A stretch of DNA of 46,780 nt, from assembly GCA_903822115.1 (NCBI GenBank), contig CAIJNU010000040.1, positions 1 to 46,780 on the forward strand, read 5' to 3'. Below, piece by piece: positions 26,348 through 35,362 of this stretch. This stretch comes from an uncultured Candidatus Peregrinibacteria bacterium. GTDB lineage: Bacteria > Patescibacteriota > Gracilibacteria > Peribacterales > Peribacteraceae. Positions within the stretch are counted from its first letter, which is position 1. The number at the start of each line of letters is the position of its first letter. The notes under the pieces are model-generated. The model worked only from the letters and a program-made list of their open reading frames with translations, was not told where the DNA came from and made no database searches. A program made the position numbers and the translations under genes.

Positions 26348-26965
26348 GAACGAGTTCTCCGATCTTCGGGCACCACGCTGAAACGATTCGCTTTCCCGTC
26401 GATCAAAGTTTTCGCGGCCCTCGTCATCGGCGCGGTCTCCGTGGCGGGAGTTTCTGCTGCGGCGATCGGCGTCTCGTCGCATCTCGCATCTTCCAAGGAT
26501 AGCGCGGCGATGCGAATGGTGATGCGCAGGAATTCCGCAGCCACAGCCAAGAAGATGCAGAGCGGGTCGACGTTGACCGCCTCCGGCCTCGTCATTCGCG
26601 ACGAAATCCGCAAGCAACATGGGAAGGGATTCCTCTCACTCAATGCCAAGCGCGGAACAGGCAGCTTCTTCCATGCTGCAGCTCCTGATCGCGCCGTCTA
26701 CAAGACGGGCATGTATCTCTCGGCTGGCTCCGCTGGACGGGACGACTTCCGCGGGAAAACCGAAGATGCCATTCTCGAGAGCGGGGGCGATGCGCTCCTG
26801 ATCGAGGTGAAGGGCGGAGACATTTACTTCCAGTCCACGTCTCCCATGGCGCAGAAGTTCGGCACCATTCACCCGATCTACGATCTCCCGGCAGTCGTGG
26901 CGGAAACGCAGCGCCAGATTTTCGAGATGGCGTGGAGGTACGCCGGACCTCATAGGAAAGCTTAA
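26348..26965 (+). pseudogene. Chimeric gene fragment: the diverged N-terminal third of the downstream DUF4015-like gene fused in frame to a copy of the TrmB-like gene 3' end
   Basis: HGKGFL...[38 protein letters not shown] parallels residues of ORF 27048..28490 and then switches to VAETQRQIFEMAWRYAG, a copy of the TrmB-like C-terminus. The TM-like segment (IKVFAALVIGAVSVAGV) lies upstream of the first ATG/GTG/TTG (GTG 26441), and a TGA at 26345 closes the frame. Confidence 0.6.
26897..26947 (+). repeat. 51-bp direct repeat, copy 2
   Basis: See 24969..25019; the two copies are about 90 % identical. Confidence 0.9.
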
Positions 26966-27047
26966 GAGAAGTGGCGTCGGCGGAGATTTTCTGCTACAAT
27001 GTTTCGATTTCCCAGCAACACCAATTTCTCACTGCGATATCAATTCC

Positions 27048-28490
27048 GTGGCTTACAATTCGATTTCTGCGCTACAGTCGTCGGTGCACGCGATGATCGA
27101 AGAAACATTGCCGCCGTCGGTTCTGATGCTTCCGCAGGGAATGACGTTTCCGCAGCTTGCGGCGCCAGCCCGCAGATCATTCGATCCGTATTGGATTCTC
27201 CTTCCCTTTCTTGCGCTCTTCGCCTTCTTCGCGGGGGAATTTGCATTGGCGCGAAGTGCTGATTCCTTCCCGCAGGTCGTGCGTCCGCACCAGACGTCGG
27301 CTCCGACGGCCAAGACGTTTCGACGCGTCGTTCCCACTCCCACCCGCACGATTCCGGTGAAGACCGGTAGCGGGAGCAGCAGTAGCAGCAGCGTCACGCC
27401 TCAGAATATCCATCAGGAGATTCTGAATAATCATGGGAAGGGGTTCCTCAAGACGCTCCGGAAACAGGGGACGGGCAGGATTCTCATCGATACGGCACCG
27501 CAGGTGCGCGCAGATAACAAAACCGGTATGTACCTCGGAGCGGGAAGCGTCGCGCAGGAGGAATTTCTTCGTAAGACCGTCGACGCGATTCCCGCCGAAG
27601 GCGGCGACGCGATGGTGATCGAGGTTAAGGGAGGCGATATCTACTTCGATTCCACGTCCGAGATGGCGAAGAAATTCGGATCGATCCATAAGATTTTCGA
27701 TCTCCCCGCCGTCCTTGCGGCCGCACACGCCAAGGGGCTTTACGTCATCGCTCGCTTCGTGGCGCTCAAGGACACGCCCCTTGCGGATGCCGATCCCTCG
27801 ACGCAGATCCGCAACCCTGCGACGGGAGTGAGCGTGGGTGACGTGTGGGTGGATCCGGGGCAACCGGACACGATCGCATACAACAGAGAGATTATCGATG
27901 ATCTGCTTCGCGCCGGCATCGACGAGATCAACTTGGATTACATCCGCTATCCCACGGAGTACGCGCAGTCGTCCATCGGTCTCACGACGGATGAGAAAGA
28001 AGCGCGCTTGGAATCCTTCATCCGCATGGCTCGCAAAGAGGTCGATACTCTTCGTCCGCAGACGAAGCTCGGCATCAGCACGTACGCCATTCTCGGTTGG
28101 GATTTCCAGATCAACGATAACGCGCTCGGCCAGAATTTCATCCGATTCGCCCCCCTCCTCGACGTCATCTCTCCGATGGCCTACCCCTCCTCCTTCACGG
28201 ATCCCTCGTACTACGATCCCGCGAAGAACGAGGGCAGCCGTGCCTACCATCTCGTCTACCGCACGCTCTCGGGATACAAAAATCTCCTGCCCCCGAGTCA
28301 GGTGTCGAAGATTCGCCCGTGGCTCCAGGCGTACTACATGACGCCCCAGGAAATCACCGATGAGATCCACGCTGTCTACGATGCGGGGATGTGCGGATTC
28401 ACGTTCTGGAACGCGAATAGCAATTTCACATCCGCGTATCCCGCGATGTCTAATGCGAGGTCGTTTCGGCCGGATCGCTGCAAGAATTGA
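27048..28490 (+). CDS. Membrane-anchored putative glycoside-hydrolase-like TIM-barrel protein (DUF4015/GHL-type)
   Basis: It has an N-terminal TM helix and a Ser-rich linker, followed by [26 protein letters not shown] and [12 protein letters not shown], which resemble the DUF4015 putative glycosyl hydrolase family as I remember it. Confidence 0.7.
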   Translation: MAYNSISALQSSVHAMIEETLPPSVLMLPQGMTFPQLAAPARRSFDPYWILLPFLALFAFFAGEFALARSADSFPQVVRPHQTSAPTAKTFRRVVPTPTRTIPVKTGSGSSSSSSVTPQNIHQEILNNHGKGFLKTLRKQGTGRILIDTAPQVRADNKTGMYLGAGSVAQEEFLRKTVDAIPAEGGDAMVIEVKGGDIYFDSTSEMAKKFGSIHKIFDLPAVLAAAHAKGLYVIARFVALKDTPLADADPSTQIRNPATGVSVGDVWVDPGQPDTIAYNREIIDDLLRAGIDEINLDYIRYPTEYAQSSIGLTTDEKEARLESFIRMARKEVDTLRPQTKLGISTYAILGWDFQINDNALGQNFIRFAPLLDVISPMAYPSSFTDPSYYDPAKNEGSRAYHLVYRTLSGYKNLLPPSQVSKIRPWLQAYYMTPQEITDEIHAVYDAGMCGFTFWNANSNFTSAYPAMSNARSFRPDRCKN

Positions 28491-28501
28491 GAGGGGAGTC
28501 G

Positions 28502-29332
28502 ATGACAGATGGGGTTGTTTTGGGGTACGCTCGATGTGTGCGGCAGTACCTCGATCTTCTCTCGGCTGTGCTGGAACGCGGCGTCCCCAAAGGGGATCGA
28601 ACGGGGACGGGGACAATCAGTCTCTTCGGCTACCAGATGCGGTTTTCTCTTGAGGATGGCTTCCCCCTTCTCACGACGAAGAAGCTACACACACGGTCTA
28701 TCTTCCACGAACTTCTCTGGTTTCTGAAAGGCGAGACGAACATCAAATACCTGAAGGAGAATAACGTGACGATTTGGGACGAGTGGGCGGCTACCGACGG
28801 CGATCTGGGGCCGATCTACGGCAAGCAGTGGCGCAAGTGGGAGGGGAAAGACGGGAAGGTGATCGATCAGATCGCGGAAGTGATAGAGCAGATCAAGACG
28901 AACCCGAACTCGCGACGGCTCATCGTAAGCGCATGGAACGTCGCGGATATCCCGCAGATGGCGCTCGCGCCGTGTCACTGCTTCTTCCAGTTCTACGTGG
29001 TGGACGGCCGCCTCAGCTGTCAGCTTTATCAACGCAGCTGCGACGTGTTTCTTGGGGTTCCCTTCAACATCGCTTCCTACGCGCTCCTCACGCACATGGT
29101 CGCGCAGGTGACGGGGCTCAAGCCGGGGGACTTCGTCCACACGCTCGGCGATGCGCACCTCTACGTCAATCATCTGGATCAGGCGAAGGAACAGCTGAAG
29201 AGAGAGCCGAGGCCGCTCCCGACGCTGAAATTGAATCCCTCAGTGAAGTCGATAAACGATTTCAAGTTTGAAGATATCGAAGTCGTCGGCTACGACCCCC
29301 ATCCCGCTATCAAAGCCCCCATCGCCATATGA
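28502..29332 (+). CDS. thyA: Thymidylate synthase
   Basis: RQYLDLL..., [18 protein letters not shown], the catalytic [10 protein letters not shown] and DAHLYVNH are present. The start could be ATG 28502 or GTG 28538. Confidence 0.95.
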   Translation: MTDGVVLGYARCVRQYLDLLSAVLERGVPKGDRTGTGTISLFGYQMRFSLEDGFPLLTTKKLHTRSIFHELLWFLKGETNIKYLKENNVTIWDEWAATDGDLGPIYGKQWRKWEGKDGKVIDQIAEVIEQIKTNPNSRRLIVSAWNVADIPQMALAPCHCFFQFYVVDGRLSCQLYQRSCDVFLGVPFNIASYALLTHMVAQVTGLKPGDFVHTLGDAHLYVNHLDQAKEQLKREPRPLPTLKLNPSVKSINDFKFEDIEVVGYDPHPAIKAPIAI

Positions 29333-29832
29333 GAATTTCTCTCGTTGTTGCTGCGGCGGAAAATAACGTCATCGGGGTGGCAGGAGGGTTGCCGTGGAAA
29401 TTGCCGAACGATCTGAAATTCTTCCGTGACCTCACGCTCGGGAAACCCGTGATTATGGGACGAAAAACATTTGAATCGATCGGACGCGCCCTGCCCGATC
29501 GCAAGAACATCGTCATCTCACGCGATGAGAAGACGCGCTGTGAGGGATGCACGGTCGTCCATTCGTTCGAAGATGCGATGGAGGAGGCGGGGCGCGGTGA
29601 TGCGCACGAAGCGTTCGTCATCGGCGGCGGACAGCTCTTCGAGCAGGTTCTCCCTCTCGCTGATCGTATCTACCTCACACGCGTTCATGCGGTGATCGAA
29701 GGCGACACGCTTTTCCCCTCACTCGATGCGGACACGTGGGAGCAGGTATCCAGAGAAGAACACGCCGCGGATGCCCGACACATGCACGACTACACATTTT
29801 TCCTCTACGAACGGAGGAAGAAGCTGGTTTAG
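29329..29832 (+). CDS. folA: Dihydrofolate reductase
   Basis: [34 protein letters not shown] and [12 protein letters not shown] are present. The start overlaps the thyA stop by ATGA and the stop codon is TAG. Confidence 0.95.
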   Translation: MRISLVVAAAENNVIGVAGGLPWKLPNDLKFFRDLTLGKPVIMGRKTFESIGRALPDRKNIVISRDEKTRCEGCTVVHSFEDAMEEAGRGDAHEAFVIGGGQLFEQVLPLADRIYLTRVHAVIEGDTLFPSLDADTWEQVSREEHAADARHMHDYTFFLYERRKKLV

Positions 29833-29935
29833 AGACATTGACTTCTTCTCTTCCTGAAGCGCAAAAAAATGCCTCGGGGTATTTTGTTCGCCCTCTGCTT
29901 GTTTGTGATGCGATTTCCTGCACACTGTGCCCGCC

Positions 29936-30715
29936 ATGATTGAACGATCTGAAACACCGCCGGCGGGAGTCGAAGTACGTGCACTCGATGAATTGCGAGC
30001 TGTCCTCGATCGATCGCAGACGCTTGGCGATTTTCAGAGACAGGCAAGGGAGCGGATTGATCAAGTGTTGCAGGGAGGAGAGCATAATGGTCGAGCATTG
30101 GGAGAGGCCATGCGGAGAAAATCTCATGAGGTGGAAGATGCGATGACGGGATTTGATGGAGTGCGCATCAGCAATCTTCCCGGAGGAACGCTCGGGAGAA
30201 ACCTTGTCGGAGGCGAGCAGAGTAGTGCGGAAGTCTCTGCGGCGATTGTTCTCGATCCGGATGAACTCAGACGCACCGTCACGCACGAGGCGCATTCGGA
30301 AGTCGGACATTCGAGTCAGGCGAATCCAAAAGCTGCGCAGGAGGCGATTGCATTGATCGTAGACGGGCAGAAATTGAGTATAACGGGTGTGCTGGAGGGT
30401 GATGTGGAGATGGGAACAGCACGACTCATCGATGGCAGCTCCGACCATCATCGGGAAGGACAACCGGAGCAGGATTACGGGGAGGGACAGCGGGCGGCGG
30501 TGGCTGCGGTTTCCGCAATAGGCACAAGCGAGTGGAATAATCATTTGAAGAAAGGTGGTGCGCATGCCGGAGATCTGGGTCACTTGCAGCAGGCGCTCTG
30601 GGAGAGGCAGCTTCGGACTGCTCAAGATGAAGCAACCGTTCTGCGAATCGTGGAGGAAGCCGAAGAAACCGGCTACACAAATGCCGCGCGTCAGGCGCTC
30701 GCGAACGCCGCTTAG
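29936..30715 (+). CDS. Hypothetical protein (orphan)
   Basis: The ORF has protein-like composition (E/A/G/L-rich, helical) between folA and folE, with ATG at 29936 (the ORF track starts at GTG 29927). I recognise no family. Confidence 0.45.
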   Translation: MIERSETPPAGVEVRALDELRAVLDRSQTLGDFQRQARERIDQVLQGGEHNGRALGEAMRRKSHEVEDAMTGFDGVRISNLPGGTLGRNLVGGEQSSAEVSAAIVLDPDELRRTVTHEAHSEVGHSSQANPKAAQEAIALIVDGQKLSITGVLEGDVEMGTARLIDGSSDHHREGQPEQDYGEGQRAAVAAVSAIGTSEWNNHLKKGGAHAGDLGHLQQALWERQLRTAQDEATVLRIVEEAEETGYTNAARQALANAA

Positions 30716-31260
30716 GATTTGCTTCGAATGAGTTCGAGGAATTCCTGCCTCGTGCGCGCGTCGCGCTTGAAGCTTCCCTTCACATGGCTCGTGACGGCCT
30801 GACTCCGTTGTTTCTCCACGCCGCGCATCATCATGCAGAGGTGGCTCATTTCGGTGACGACGCCGATCCCCTTCGGCTTGAGGATCGCATAGAGCGCGTC
30901 GCAGATTTCCTGCCCCATGCGTTCCTGGACCTGCAATCGACGGGCAAACATGTCGACGATGCGGGGGATCTTGCTCAGGCCGATCACGTGTTTGTCCGGA
31001 ATGTATCCGACGTGGACGCGTCCGAAGAACGGGAGCAGGTGGTGCTCGCAGAGGGAGTATGTCTCGATGTCTTTGATGATCACCATTCCCTCGGTGTCGG
31101 CGGGGAAGAGGGCGCCATTAACGATGTCCTCGGGCTTCAGTCCGTAGCCCGACACGAAGAACTTCATCGCTTCGCTGTGACGCCTTGGCGTGCCACGAAG
31201 CCCGGGGCGCTTGGGATCTTCGCCGAGCTTCAGAAGCAGTTTTTTCGTGAGGTCTTCCAT
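30712..31260 (-). CDS. folE: GTP cyclohydrolase I
   Basis: SLCEHHLLPFFG, RLQVQERM and HLCMMMRGV are present. Confidence 0.95.
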   Translation of the reverse strand: MEDLTKKLLLKLGEDPKRPGLRGTPRRHSEAMKFFVSGYGLKPEDIVNGALFPADTEGMVIIKDIETYSLCEHHLLPFFGRVHVGYIPDKHVIGLSKIPRIVDMFARRLQVQERMGQEICDALYAILKPKGIGVVTEMSHLCMMMRGVEKQRSQAVTSHVKGSFKRDARTRQEFLELIRSKS

Positions 31261-31404
31261 GGGTCAAGACCTTACTTCCCCCGCTTTATTTTTGCAATCC
31301 GCCTTCGCCCCTGATGGGGCTACGGCGGACGAGATGTCTGGAAGCGGTTAATAGGATTCCAGAGTTTGCTCTGTGGTTCATACCAGTGATTTCGTTCGGC
31401 GGGG

Positions 31405-32004
31405 CTACTTCTTGAGTACGGCGTCGATGGCACTCTCTACTTCCTGCGCACCGACGGCTCCGGAGATTGTCTGCTGCGCCCCTGTTTTGCGATTGAGGAT
31501 GATGGTCGTGGGTGTCCCCGTGATGGTTGAAGTCGCGGCATTCTCTTGATCCTGAACCTTCTTCAGGATGGCGGGGTCTTTCATGCAGGAGGCGAGAGAA
31601 GTGGCAGAGACACCGACTGTCTCCGCGGCTTGGACATACTGTGCGGCGCCGTCCGCGAATACGGCATCGACAAATGCCCAGAATCCTCCATTGCCGCGCA
31701 GGCGCGCGGCGCACTCGGAGGCCTTCGCTGCGGGCATCGCGCTCTCGTGGAATGGAAGCGGGAAATGACGGTAGACGATGTTGACGCTCGCCCTCTCCTT
31801 TTTCATCACCTCCTTCAGCGTGTCATGGAAGTTTCGGCAGAACGGACATTCGAAATCCGAATAGACGATGAGCGTGACGGGCGCGGTCCTGCGACCGAAG
31901 ACGTGATCCGTGAAGCTGACGTTCGGAACGGTAAGCGTCGCCGCGAGGACGCTGGGCGGCAGGAGGGCAGTGCAGAGGGAAAGCAGGATGAAGACTCGTT
32001 TCAT
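31405..32004 (-). CDS. Secreted DsbA/thioredoxin-fold protein
   Basis: It has a signal peptide (LLSLCTALLPPSVLA) and a CxxC motif in the DsbA context YSDFECPFCRNF. Confidence 0.8.
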   Translation of the reverse strand: MKRVFILLSLCTALLPPSVLAATLTVPNVSFTDHVFGRRTAPVTLIVYSDFECPFCRNFHDTLKEVMKKERASVNIVYRHFPLPFHESAMPAAKASECAARLRGNGGFWAFVDAVFADGAAQYVQAAETVGVSATSLASCMKDPAILKKVQDQENAATSTITGTPTTIILNRKTGAQQTISGAVGAQEVESAIDAVLKK

Positions 32005-32039
32005 TTGGAGGGGGAACGGACGTCACATCCTAGCGCATA

Positions 32040-32525
32040 TCAGAGTGTGAGGGAAAAGGATTCGCAGGTTTGATCTTGCGTCGCTTCGAGGAGATGCGAC
32101 CAGGTTTGGTGGAGCGAGGGATGACGATCCTCCGGAGAGACGAGATCCAGGAGTGGGGCGAGGACGAAGCGTCTCTCGTGCATTCGGGGGTGCGGGAGCG
32201 TGAAGGAGGCATTCTGCTCCGTGATTGAATCGTAAAGGAGGAGATCAAGATCGATGGTGCGCGGCCCGTAGCGAAATGGCGTTTCTTTTCCCAGTGTTCG
32301 TTCAATGGTTTGAAGTTTGCCGATGATTTCTTCGGGAGTGTCTGTAGTTTCGCAAGCTCCCACGGCATTGAGGAAGAAATCCTGATCTTCATATCCCATT
32401 GGGGCACTGCGATACACGCGGGAGAAGCGCATGTCCGGCCAGAGCTCACGCAGAGACGCTGCGGCGGCGGGAAGATTTACGAGCGGGAGAATATTGGAGC
32501 CGAGACCGATGAAGACGCGGGACAT
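32040..32525 (-). CDS. folK: 6-hydroxymethyl-7,8-dihydropterin pyrophosphokinase
   Basis: VFIGLGSNI, GPRTIDLDLLLY and LPHPRMHERRFVLAPL are present. Confidence 0.9.
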   Translation of the reverse strand: MSRVFIGLGSNILPLVNLPAAAASLRELWPDMRFSRVYRSAPMGYEDQDFFLNAVGACETTDTPEEIIGKLQTIERTLGKETPFRYGPRTIDLDLLLYDSITEQNASFTLPHPRMHERRFVLAPLLDLVSPEDRHPSLHQTWSHLLEATQDQTCESFSLTL

Positions 32526-32542
32526 AAACGAGTGAATAGTGA

Positions 32543-32896
32543 TCAGTGAACAGTGGGGCGATCGATCGTGACACTTACTTCTTTCACTCCGAGGGGCGGG
32601 AACTTCTTCACCGTGACCTCCACGCTCCTCGCAGCCGAGCGGCGCAGGAGGAGGGAGGCGATGTCCTCCGCGAGGCGTTCGATCGTTTTGTGCTCCTGCA
32701 AGCCGAGTTCGCGGATACTCTCCGTCAGCGACGCGTAGTCGAATTCCTCAGGCACATCGTCATTCTTTGCGACATTCGAGAGATCGCACAGGAGCGAAAA
32801 CGACACGAGCAAACGCTGAGGTGTTTCCCGTTCCTTCTTCTCTACTCCGATGCGGGTGCTCAGTTCCAGATCCCGAACGCAGAGGCGGTCGATCAT
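32543..32896 (-). CDS. folB: Dihydroneopterin aldolase
   Basis: It is 117 aa, the size of the tunnel-fold enzyme, with IGVEKKERETPQRLLVSFSL and a DYASL segment. It lies between secD and folK. Confidence 0.75.
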   Translation of the reverse strand: MIDRLCVRDLELSTRIGVEKKERETPQRLLVSFSLLCDLSNVAKNDDVPEEFDYASLTESIRELGLQEHKTIERLAEDIASLLLRRSAARSVEVTVKKFPPLGVKEVSVTIDRPTVH

Positions 32897-35352
32897 ACGT
32901 CCGACTCCGCGAACTCCGTATCCTCCGAGCGGGAGATGCCGCCCACGAAGAGTTGGATGTGATCGGCGACGCTCGTGGCGGCGAGGTGGCGAAGCAACCA
33001 GCGCGTGACGGTGACTGCGGTGAAGAGCGAGAGGAAGATACCCATGCCGAGCGTGATGGCGAAGCCGCGGACGATCGACGAACCGATGATGAAGAGAATG
33101 CCGCAGGTGATGAGCGTCGAGACGTTACTGTCGCGGATTGCCGGCCAGGCGTGCTTGAAGCTGGCTTCCACGGCGGTCTTCACGAGTTTTCCTTTGCGCA
33201 GCTCTTCCTTCATGCGTTCGAAGACGAGCACGTTGGCGTCCACGGCCATACCGATGGAGAGGATGATGCCCGCCATGCCGGCGAGCGTGAGGACGATGTA
33301 GTCGTGCATGAAGAGGAGGAGCGGGAGCTTGAGGATCGCGAAGAGCATGATTGCGTACATTCCGAGAGCCAGATCCGCCATGACGCCGAGCATGCGGTAC
33401 ATGAGGATCATGTAGAGCATGAGGATGATGGTGCCGATGAGCGCGGCTTGCAGCGAGGTGCGCAGAGCGGCGGCGCCGAGCGTGGCCTCAATTGTGTACT
33501 GGCCCACGAGGTGGATGGGGGCGGGGATCGCGCCGGTATTGAGATCCTGGGCGAGCTTCTTTGCCTCATCGAAGTTCTTGCTTCCCGTGATCACGGCGGT
33601 GCCGCCTGCGATTTCCTGTTGTACGGTTGGCGCGGAAACAAGCTGACCTCCGACGAAGATCGCGATGCGCTTGCCCACGTTCTGCTTGGTCAGGTTCTGG
33701 AAGAGGGTGGCGCCCTCATCATCGAAGAGAATCTGCACCACGGGCACGTTGGTGACGGGATCCACGGCGACCGCGGCGGAGCGGAAGTGCTTGCCGTCGA
33801 GTGTCGTGTCCTTCCATCCTGTGGGTTGCAACGAGAAGAAGATGAAGCGCAGGGACTGGGCCAGTTCATCCTTCGTCACCTTCCCTTTCTGCAAACGCGA
33901 GATGATGTCCGTGGCGCGAGCCGAAGCACCGGTGCCCGTGATCGCCAATTCATCGTAGCTCGCCGTGTCGGGAGCGGAGGTGACGGCGGAATTGACGCGA
34001 ATGAGGTGGTAGCCGAAGGGTGTCTCCACGGGGTCGCTGACGGTCAGGACTTTCTGCGTGAAGGCGGCGTCGTCGAAGGCGGCGGGCATGGTTCCGCGCG
34101 TGATGGAGCCGAGGTGACCGCCGGAGGTGCGCGAATCCTTACCGTCCGATTCCGTCTTGGCGATATCCTCGAACTTCGCGCCCCCATCGATCTGCGCCTT
34201 GAGCTGCTTCGCTTTTGCAAGTGCCTCATCTTTTGTACGTGTCACGGAGGCCGCGGCGTTGTCCGCGCCCTTGTAGGCGACGAGGATGTGGCTCACATCC
34301 ACTTCCTCCTGGCCCTTCTCGATATTCGAAAGGAAGAGGACGTGCGCGGCACCGTCAGCGGTCGAAACCGACTTCAACTGACCGGGTGTCATGCCTTGCA
34401 GCGTGCCGCTGATTTGGAGCGGAACCTTCTTATCGAGAGCCACGGAGGAATGTTCGCCGTAGGTCACGGAGGGCTCCTTCTTCGCGAGGATGGAGAAGGC
34501 GAGGGGGGCTTCGCTCACGATGCGTCCGGTAGAAGTCGGAGGCGTGAGCACCTGTACGAGGAAGATGCCGGGTACGTTCTGCTGCGAGACCTTCCCTGCG
34601 CTGTCCTGCTGGGACACGGGAATGGTGCCTTGCAGTTGAACCACCTGGTTACTCGGGCTCTTCCCCCACAGGCTCTTCAATCCGTCGGGGAGTTGATCTT
34701 GGAAGAACGTGTGCGAGGCCTGGTAGGAGACGCCGAGTTGCGAGCTGAGGTTCTCCCCCTCCTTCGCGAGCGTCGATCCGCTGTGTGTGATGTTGTAGAG
34801 CGTTGCGGTGACATTGGCCTGAACCCCTTTCTTAAAGTCCGCCGTCGGTTGGGTCAGCTCTTCCTTGAATTCCAATTGAATCGTCTTTCCGACGACATTG
34901 ATGCACTGCTGCGTGTCCACGACTCCTGGACATTCCACGAGGAGGTGCTTCTCGTCGCCGATGTAGGAAGGTGTGATGGTGGCCTCGCTCACGCCGAGCG
35001 CGTTGATGCGGCGCTCGAGGACGGTGCGGATCGCCTCCACGAGGTTCTGCTGTTGCTGCTGGATGCTGCGCTGCTCGGATTGCATGCGTGCGATCTGATC
35101 GGCGGGGGCGTTCTTGCGCTGCGCGTCCGCGATGTCCTGCGCGAGGTGCTGGAGCTGCGTATTGATCTCTTCCTCGGAAATGCGGAAATCCAGCTGCGTT
35201 CCCCCGACAAGATCAAGACCGAGGTGGAGGGCGGGATCGCGAATGAAGTTCGGCGCCCAGGACTTCCAACTCTGCGGAAGGGCGATGAGGACGATACAGA
35301 CCGCGATGACGGCAGTGACGATTGGCCAGAGGAGAGAGCGTTTTTGCGGCAT
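32893..35352 (-). CDS. secD: Protein translocase subunit SecD with an inserted parvulin-type PPIase domain
   Basis: The SecD N-terminus (LGLDLVGGTQL, RINALGVSEATI), the P1 region (GKRIAIFVGGQLVSAPTVQQEIAGGTAVITG...LNTGAIPAPI) and five C-terminal TM helices are present. Residues ~350..455 (VSHILVAYKG...SGGHLGSITRGTMPAAFDDAAF...PVETPFGYHLIRV) form a PpiC/parvulin rotamase domain. There is no SecF portion. Confidence 0.9.
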   Translation of the reverse strand: MPQKRSLLWPIVTAVIAVCIVLIALPQSWKSWAPNFIRDPALHLGLDLVGGTQLDFRISEEEINTQLQHLAQDIADAQRKNAPADQIARMQSEQRSIQQQQQNLVEAIRTVLERRINALGVSEATITPSYIGDEKHLLVECPGVVDTQQCINVVGKTIQLEFKEELTQPTADFKKGVQANVTATLYNITHSGSTLAKEGENLSSQLGVSYQASHTFFQDQLPDGLKSLWGKSPSNQVVQLQGTIPVSQQDSAGKVSQQNVPGIFLVQVLTPPTSTGRIVSEAPLAFSILAKKEPSVTYGEHSSVALDKKVPLQISGTLQGMTPGQLKSVSTADGAAHVLFLSNIEKGQEEVDVSHILVAYKGADNAAASVTRTKDEALAKAKQLKAQIDGGAKFEDIAKTESDGKDSRTSGGHLGSITRGTMPAAFDDAAFTQKVLTVSDPVETPFGYHLIRVNSAVTSAPDTASYDELAITGTGASARATDIISRLQKGKVTKDELAQSLRFIFFSLQPTGWKDTTLDGKHFRSAAVAVDPVTNVPVVQILFDDEGATLFQNLTKQNVGKRIAIFVGGQLVSAPTVQQEIAGGTAVITGSKNFDEAKKLAQDLNTGAIPAPIHLVGQYTIEATLGAAALRTSLQAALIGTIILMLYMILMYRMLGVMADLALGMYAIMLFAILKLPLLLFMHDYIVLTLAGMAGIILSIGMAVDANVLVFERMKEELRKGKLVKTAVEASFKHAWPAIRDSNVSTLITCGILFIIGSSIVRGFAITLGMGIFLSLFTAVTVTRWLLRHLAATSVADHIQLFVGGISRSEDTEFAESDV

Positions 35353-35362
35353 AAGGTGGTGA

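Noticed and set aside
24969-26947. The possibility that the 51-bp repeats are a template/variable repeat pair of a diversity-generating retroelement.
   Set aside because: Only 3 of the 5 mismatches fall at adenines of one copy, and most adenines are unchanged. No reverse transcriptase gene is in the window. Both copies sit at ORF 3' ends as part of an obvious duplication junction.
29675-30625. A 316-aa minus-strand ORF overlapping folA and the orphan plus-strand gene.
   Set aside because: It overlaps the 3' end of the well-supported folA. Its composition is R/S/C/H-rich and junk-like. The plus-strand ORF is the more protein-like of the two, although that ORF is itself uncertain.
31261-31404. 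A possible THF-type riboswitch in the folE leader.
   Set aside because: Only simple hairpins are visible (CCGCC-GTAG-CCCC-ATCA-GGGG-CGAA-GGCGG and CTGGAA...TTCCAG). I cannot match them to any riboswitch consensus from memory, and a covariance-model scan would be needed before making any claim.
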